A DNA stretch of 64,000 bases from assembly GCA_002402995.1 (NCBI GenBank), contig DHGX01000004.1:85186-149185 (forward strand). Reading direction: 5' to 3'. The stretch comes from Patescibacteria group bacterium UBA4787. Its GTDB lineage: Bacteria > Patescibacteriota > Patescibacteriia > UBA2591 > UBA4787. Position 1 is the first letter of the stretch, and every line of letters begins with the position of its first letter. This document shows positions 60,994 to 64,000 of this stretch, piece by piece. The notes beneath the pieces are model-generated. The model was not told the DNA's origin and searched no databases. It was given only the letters and a program-made list of their open reading frames with translations. Position numbers and translations under genes: made by a program.

Positions 60994-61030
60994 CAGCCTT
61001 CGTAGCCACTACGGCGAAGTAGGCAGCCTT
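60994..61030. repeat. Small palindromic insert
   Basis: GCCTTCGTAGCCACTACGGCGAAGTAGGC with CAGCCTT repeated at both ends. Confidence 0.5.
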
Positions 61031-61133
61031 AGCGAAGTTTAATGGCAGGACACTCGGGTTAAGTGCCAGATATTTAAGAGTATTTTAAGGGATTTCGTGA
61101 ATTATCTAATTGAGATATGTGGGTCGGCAAATA

Positions 61134-61427
61134 TTATCGGCACCCAGCATCATTGCAAACGGTTTTACATATTGGTGAATCTTGAAGATTGTTTTTATCA
61201 AGCGAAGAACATTTATACCCGCAATCAAATCGTTCAGCCGTTTTGTCCGCAATATATGAGCGACCAGCAGACAAACAAGCGTCCTTTGAAGGGTAATCAA
61301 GTCTCATTATAGTTTGTCCACCCCCATAAACACTCAACATCCATGGTTTCGAGTTTTTATAAACAACAAAAACAATAATAACAACTAGAATAATTCCGAG
61401 CGCAATAAGTATTTTTTTTGTATTCAT
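61134..61427 (-). CDS. Small Cys-rich membrane-anchored protein
   Basis: N-terminal TM; 6 Cys (C..FDCGYKC..PICKTVC..GC). Confidence 0.7.
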   Translation of the reverse strand: MNTKKILIALGIILVVIIVFVVYKNSKPWMLSVYGGGQTIMRLDYPSKDACLSAGRSYIADKTAERFDCGYKCSSLDKNNLQDSPICKTVCNDAGCR

Positions 61428-61459
61428 AGTTAGTGGGTTTATCCGATACTAAATAGTCA

Positions 61460-61533
61460 TGGCGGGGGCGGCAGGAATCGGACCCGCATCCTCGGTTTTG
61501 GAGACCGATATTCTACCACTGAACTACACCCCC
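61460..61533 (-). tRNA. tRNA-Trp(CCA), CCA end encoded
   Basis: Cloverleaf GGGGGTG...CT-CCA-AA...CGCCCCCG-CCA. Confidence 0.93.
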
Positions 61534-61547
61534 GCGGCTCTGCGAAA

Positions 61548-61703
61548 CTACTTTGTTTCTTTGTGTAAAGTGTGCTTTTTGCACCATTTGCAGTGTTTCT
61601 TTAATTGCAATCTTTCTTTAAGAGTTTTCTTATTCTTTTTAGAATAATAATTAATATGGCGGCACTCACTGCACTCGAATTTAATTAAATTTTCTTGTGA
61701 CAT
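61548..61703 (-). CDS. rpmG: 50S ribosomal protein L33 (not in ORF track)
   Basis: MSQENLIKFECSEC...KKHCKWCKKHTLHKETK. Confidence 0.95.
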   Translation of the reverse strand: MSQENLIKFECSECRHINYYSKKNKKTLKERLQLKKHCKWCKKHTLHKETK

Positions 61704-61754
61704 ATTTTTTGGTTAATAAATATTGATTTAATATTTTCAACAATTTTGATAGTA

Positions 61755-61826
61755 AGCCAGCGGTCGGATTTGGACCGACGACCTACTGTTTACAAAACAG
61801 TTGCTCTACCGCTGAGCTACGCTGGC
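61755..61826 (-). tRNA. tRNA-Thr(TGT)
   Basis: GCCAGCG...CTGTT-TT-TGT-AA-ACAG...CGCTGGC-T. Confidence 0.92.
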
Positions 61827-61868
61827 AAAATTTTCCAAGAACTTAAATATTGGCGTGTTGATTTTAAA

Positions 61869-61951
61869 TGGGCGGGGTAGGATTTGCACCTACGGAGCCC
61901 GAAGGCGTCAGATTTACAGTCTGATCCGTTTGACTACTCCGGCACCCGCCC
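61869..61951 (-). tRNA. tRNA-Tyr(GTA)
   Basis: GGGCGGG...TCAGA-CT-GTA-AA-TCTGA, long variable arm. Confidence 0.92.
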
Positions 61952-61979
61952 ACATAGTTTGCCCGCCTGCCAAAGCCAG

Positions 61980-62052
61980 AGCCCACCGTCGGATTTGAAC
62001 CGACGACCTACTCCTTACCATGGAGTTGCTCTACCAGCTGAGCTAGATGGGC
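61980..62052 (-). tRNA. tRNA-Thr(GGT)
   Basis: GCCCATC...CTCC-AT-GGT-AA-GGAG...GGTTCAAATCC...GGTGGGC-T. Confidence 0.92.
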
Positions 62053-62118
62053 TTTGGTTTTGACGGGCAGACCTACTTTGGCATAATTTTTAAATTATAC
62101 CTAATTAAAATAAAAAAT

Positions 62119-62268
62119 CAAGCCAGGTAGTAGAAATTCGATGCTTCTTAAAAAGTGCGCTTATATGAAGAAATGCGGCAAGAGCAAAAAATATTTATTT
62201 ATTAATTACTAGAACCAGTCGGTTAAAGAGAAGCAAAAAGCACTATCGAATTTTCACTACCTGGCAAG
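62119..62268 (-). mobile_element. Family A element copy A5 (short form) at the -35 of the tRNA cluster promoter
   Basis: CAAG duplicated at 62119-62122 and 62265-62268; minus strand cTTGATT-16 nt-TATAAT follows. Confidence 0.88.
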
Positions 62269-62279
62269 CCTCCTAAATT

Positions 62280-62510
62280 TTAATTACTGTTCGATGGGCG
62301 CTGACGACGATTTTTAAACCGCAATTTTAATGAATTTATATTACGTTTAAGATAATTTAAAATTAATTGTCTTTTTATCCAATAACGCTTCTCTTGCGTA
62401 AGCTGCTTTAAATCAAGAGAAGCTGCCAGCGACAACTTGGCAGATAATAATATAATAATTCTTGCCAATAAAGCGAGAATAAAAACAACTAAAATTATAT
62501 TTATTATCAT
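62280..62510 (-). CDS. Small membrane protein
   Basis: N-terminal TM, basic tail; lies between A6 and A5. Confidence 0.5.
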   Translation of the reverse strand: MIINIILVVFILALLARIIILLSAKLSLAASLDLKQLTQEKRYWIKRQLILNYLKRNINSLKLRFKNRRQRPSNSN

Positions 62511-62653
62511 ACCAGGTAGTAGAAATTCGGTGCTTCTTAAAGTGCGATTATTAAGAAACGCGCTGGAAGCAAAGAATTAGTTATTTTATTAATGATGGGA
62601 CCAAGCAATGGAACGAAGCAAAAAGCACTATCGAATTTTCACTACCTGGCATA
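62508..62653 (-). mobile_element. Family A element copy A6 (short form) at a start codon
   Basis: CATA at 62508-62511 (start of the 62280-62510 ORF) and 62650-62653. Confidence 0.9.
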
Positions 62654-62722
62654 ATATAGATTTAATTAACCTTACAAATTCATTTGGCATATATTATAAA
62701 ATTATTCCTCAAAATCATTTAT

Positions 62723-62781
62723 TGTCAAGCAAGCGAGTGAAATAAAAATTTTATTTTCATTTCCGAGCGAGCGCAGACAAC
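62723..62781 (+). repeat. Family D short palindromic element
   Basis: TGTCAAGCAAGCGAG-hairpin-CCGAGCGAGCGCAGACAAC; relatives at 26532-26598 and ~37459-37518. Confidence 0.5.
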
Positions 62782-62788
62782 ACAGGGT

Positions 62789-63667
62789 TTAATACTCTTT
62801 ATTGTTTTGCACAGTTTTTAATCCCCACCAAAACAGGCTTTTTGCGTCCTGAAATCTTGCCTCGTCGGTCGGTGAGCCCAACAAAACAACCATAATATCG
62901 TTATTATTAGATTTATCATTAATTTCACCGACAAAACAATAGCCCGCTTCATCCAAAGAGCCGGTTTTCGCGCCCTTAAAACTTAAAAAACTATTTAATA
63001 ATTTATTAGTGCTTTTCAAGCGCTCTACTCTTTTATTTCCTTCGGGGCCGGCAATATTAATGTTATCTTCGGATTTTACTAAAATATCATGCAATTCTTT
63101 ATTCTTTTGCACGGTTGAAAATATCTTTATCAAATCTTTCGCGGTTGAATGATTGGCCGGATCCAAGCCGGTAACATCAAAAAAATGCGTATTCTTTAAA
63201 TCCAATTCATTGCATTTCTCGTTCATTTTCGTTGTCGCTGTTTTTAAATCCCCAAAAACAGCGCGCGCCATCGCTTTGGTGGCGTTGTTGGCTGATTTGA
63301 CTAAAGAAGCTTTAAGAAGGTCTTTTAACATAACCCTGTCTCCCTTGTGAATATTAATTTTTGACTCTTCGGCGTCGTCTTCTTCCTTTATTTCCACCCA
63401 AGAATTCATATCTGGTTGCTTCTCAACAACCACCAAGGCCGTCATTAGTTTAGTTAGGCTCGCGATAGATAATATTTGATTCGGATTTTTTTCGGAGAGA
63501 ATTGCGTTTGTTCCAATATTATAAACAATAGCGCTTTTGGCCTCTATTTTAACGCCTAAACTTTGATTAATGGACACCGAACGATTAACAACTTCGGGGT
63601 AAAAAAAAGACGGCTGAGCAATAACAGTCTGTCCGATAATAAAACTGATAATAAAACTGATGATCAT
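62789..63667 (-). CDS. D-alanyl-D-alanine carboxypeptidase (peptidase S11)
   Basis: ASLTK, SAN and KTG motifs. Confidence 0.9.
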   Translation of the reverse strand: MIISFIISFIIGQTVIAQPSFFYPEVVNRSVSINQSLGVKIEAKSAIVYNIGTNAILSEKNPNQILSIASLTKLMTALVVVEKQPDMNSWVEIKEEDDAEESKINIHKGDRVMLKDLLKASLVKSANNATKAMARAVFGDLKTATTKMNEKCNELDLKNTHFFDVTGLDPANHSTAKDLIKIFSTVQKNKELHDILVKSEDNINIAGPEGNKRVERLKSTNKLLNSFLSFKGAKTGSLDEAGYCFVGEINDKSNNNDIMVVLLGSPTDEARFQDAKSLFWWGLKTVQNNKEY

Positions 63668-63675
63668 TTTAAGGA

Positions 63676-64000
63676 TTAAATTTTAATTTCTAATTTTTCC
63701 GGATCTTCATTCTCTGAATTTTCTTGGTTTGGCGCGTTTTCAATTGGAGTCGACAATAGACTAATTGGTATTTCTAATTTATGGAGTTCTTCATAATTCG
63801 GCAATTCGTTGAGCTTGGTAAATCCCAAATATTTCATCATTTCTACCGCAAGACGATAATGGATTTTATTCGAAATATTTTCTGTTTCCACTAGTCCCTT
63901 GATTGACAGGTTTCTCAAAATAATAGCGCAATTAACGCCCCTGATTTGCTCTATCTCTTCGCGTGAAATAGGGCTGCGATAAGCTATTATAGATAAGGCT
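63676..64000 (-). CDS. scpB: SMC-Scp complex subunit ScpB (5' end outside window)
   Basis: LSIIAYRSPISREEIEQIRGVNC...RNLSIKGLV...LGFTKLNELP. Confidence 0.85.
   Translation of the reverse strand, partial: ALSIIAYRSPISREEIEQIRGVNCAIILRNLSIKGLVETENISNKIHYRLAVEMMKYLGFTKLNELPNYEELHKLEIPISLLSTPIENAPNQENSENEDPEKLEIKI

Noticed and set aside
60900-61440. Integron integrase or transposase
   Set aside because: No ORF with tyrosine recombinase, DDE or HUH motifs here or elsewhere in the window.
61459-61647. 62-aa ORF on the plus strand
   Set aside because: Antisense to tRNA-Trp and rpmG.
8608-62653. Repeats as a CRISPR array
   Set aside because: Copies are dispersed singly, with no regular repeat-spacer periodicity and no cas genes.

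Overview
AT-rich chromosomal window, genetic code 11, most likely from a Patescibacteria/CPR (Parcubacteria/ABY1-like) genome. This is inferred from the archaeal-type UMP kinase, the AMP phosphorylase + R15P isomerase pair, the NLPY motif in PrmC and AT-rich start regions without obvious Shine-Dalgarno sites. The coding content is mostly housekeeping: clpB, fmt, polX, rplJL, argS, rpsB-tsf, prfA-prmC, dnaE, miaAB, gatB, tgt, recO, the alpha operon, murB, cysS, rnpB and 4 tRNAs. The unusual signal is intergenic. (A) A ~140-190 bp CC-terminated MITE-like family (6 copies plus 1 diverged relative) has 4-bp target duplications. In 5 of 6 copies the duplicated tetramer is the TATG carrying the start codon of the next gene, always in the same orientation, and the duplicated upstream ATG opens a 23- or 40-codon ORF ending at the same stop. 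(B) An ~80/140 bp hairpin family (7 copies plus 1 covarying diverged copy) is inserted into TATRAT -10-type hexamers, and its first bases usually rebuild TATAAT. No transposase lies in the window. There is also an integrase-less integron remnant (attI-like site, an empty cassette, a 3-gene cassette and two attC sites) between cysS and tRNA-Trp, and rpoA lacks its alpha-CTD.
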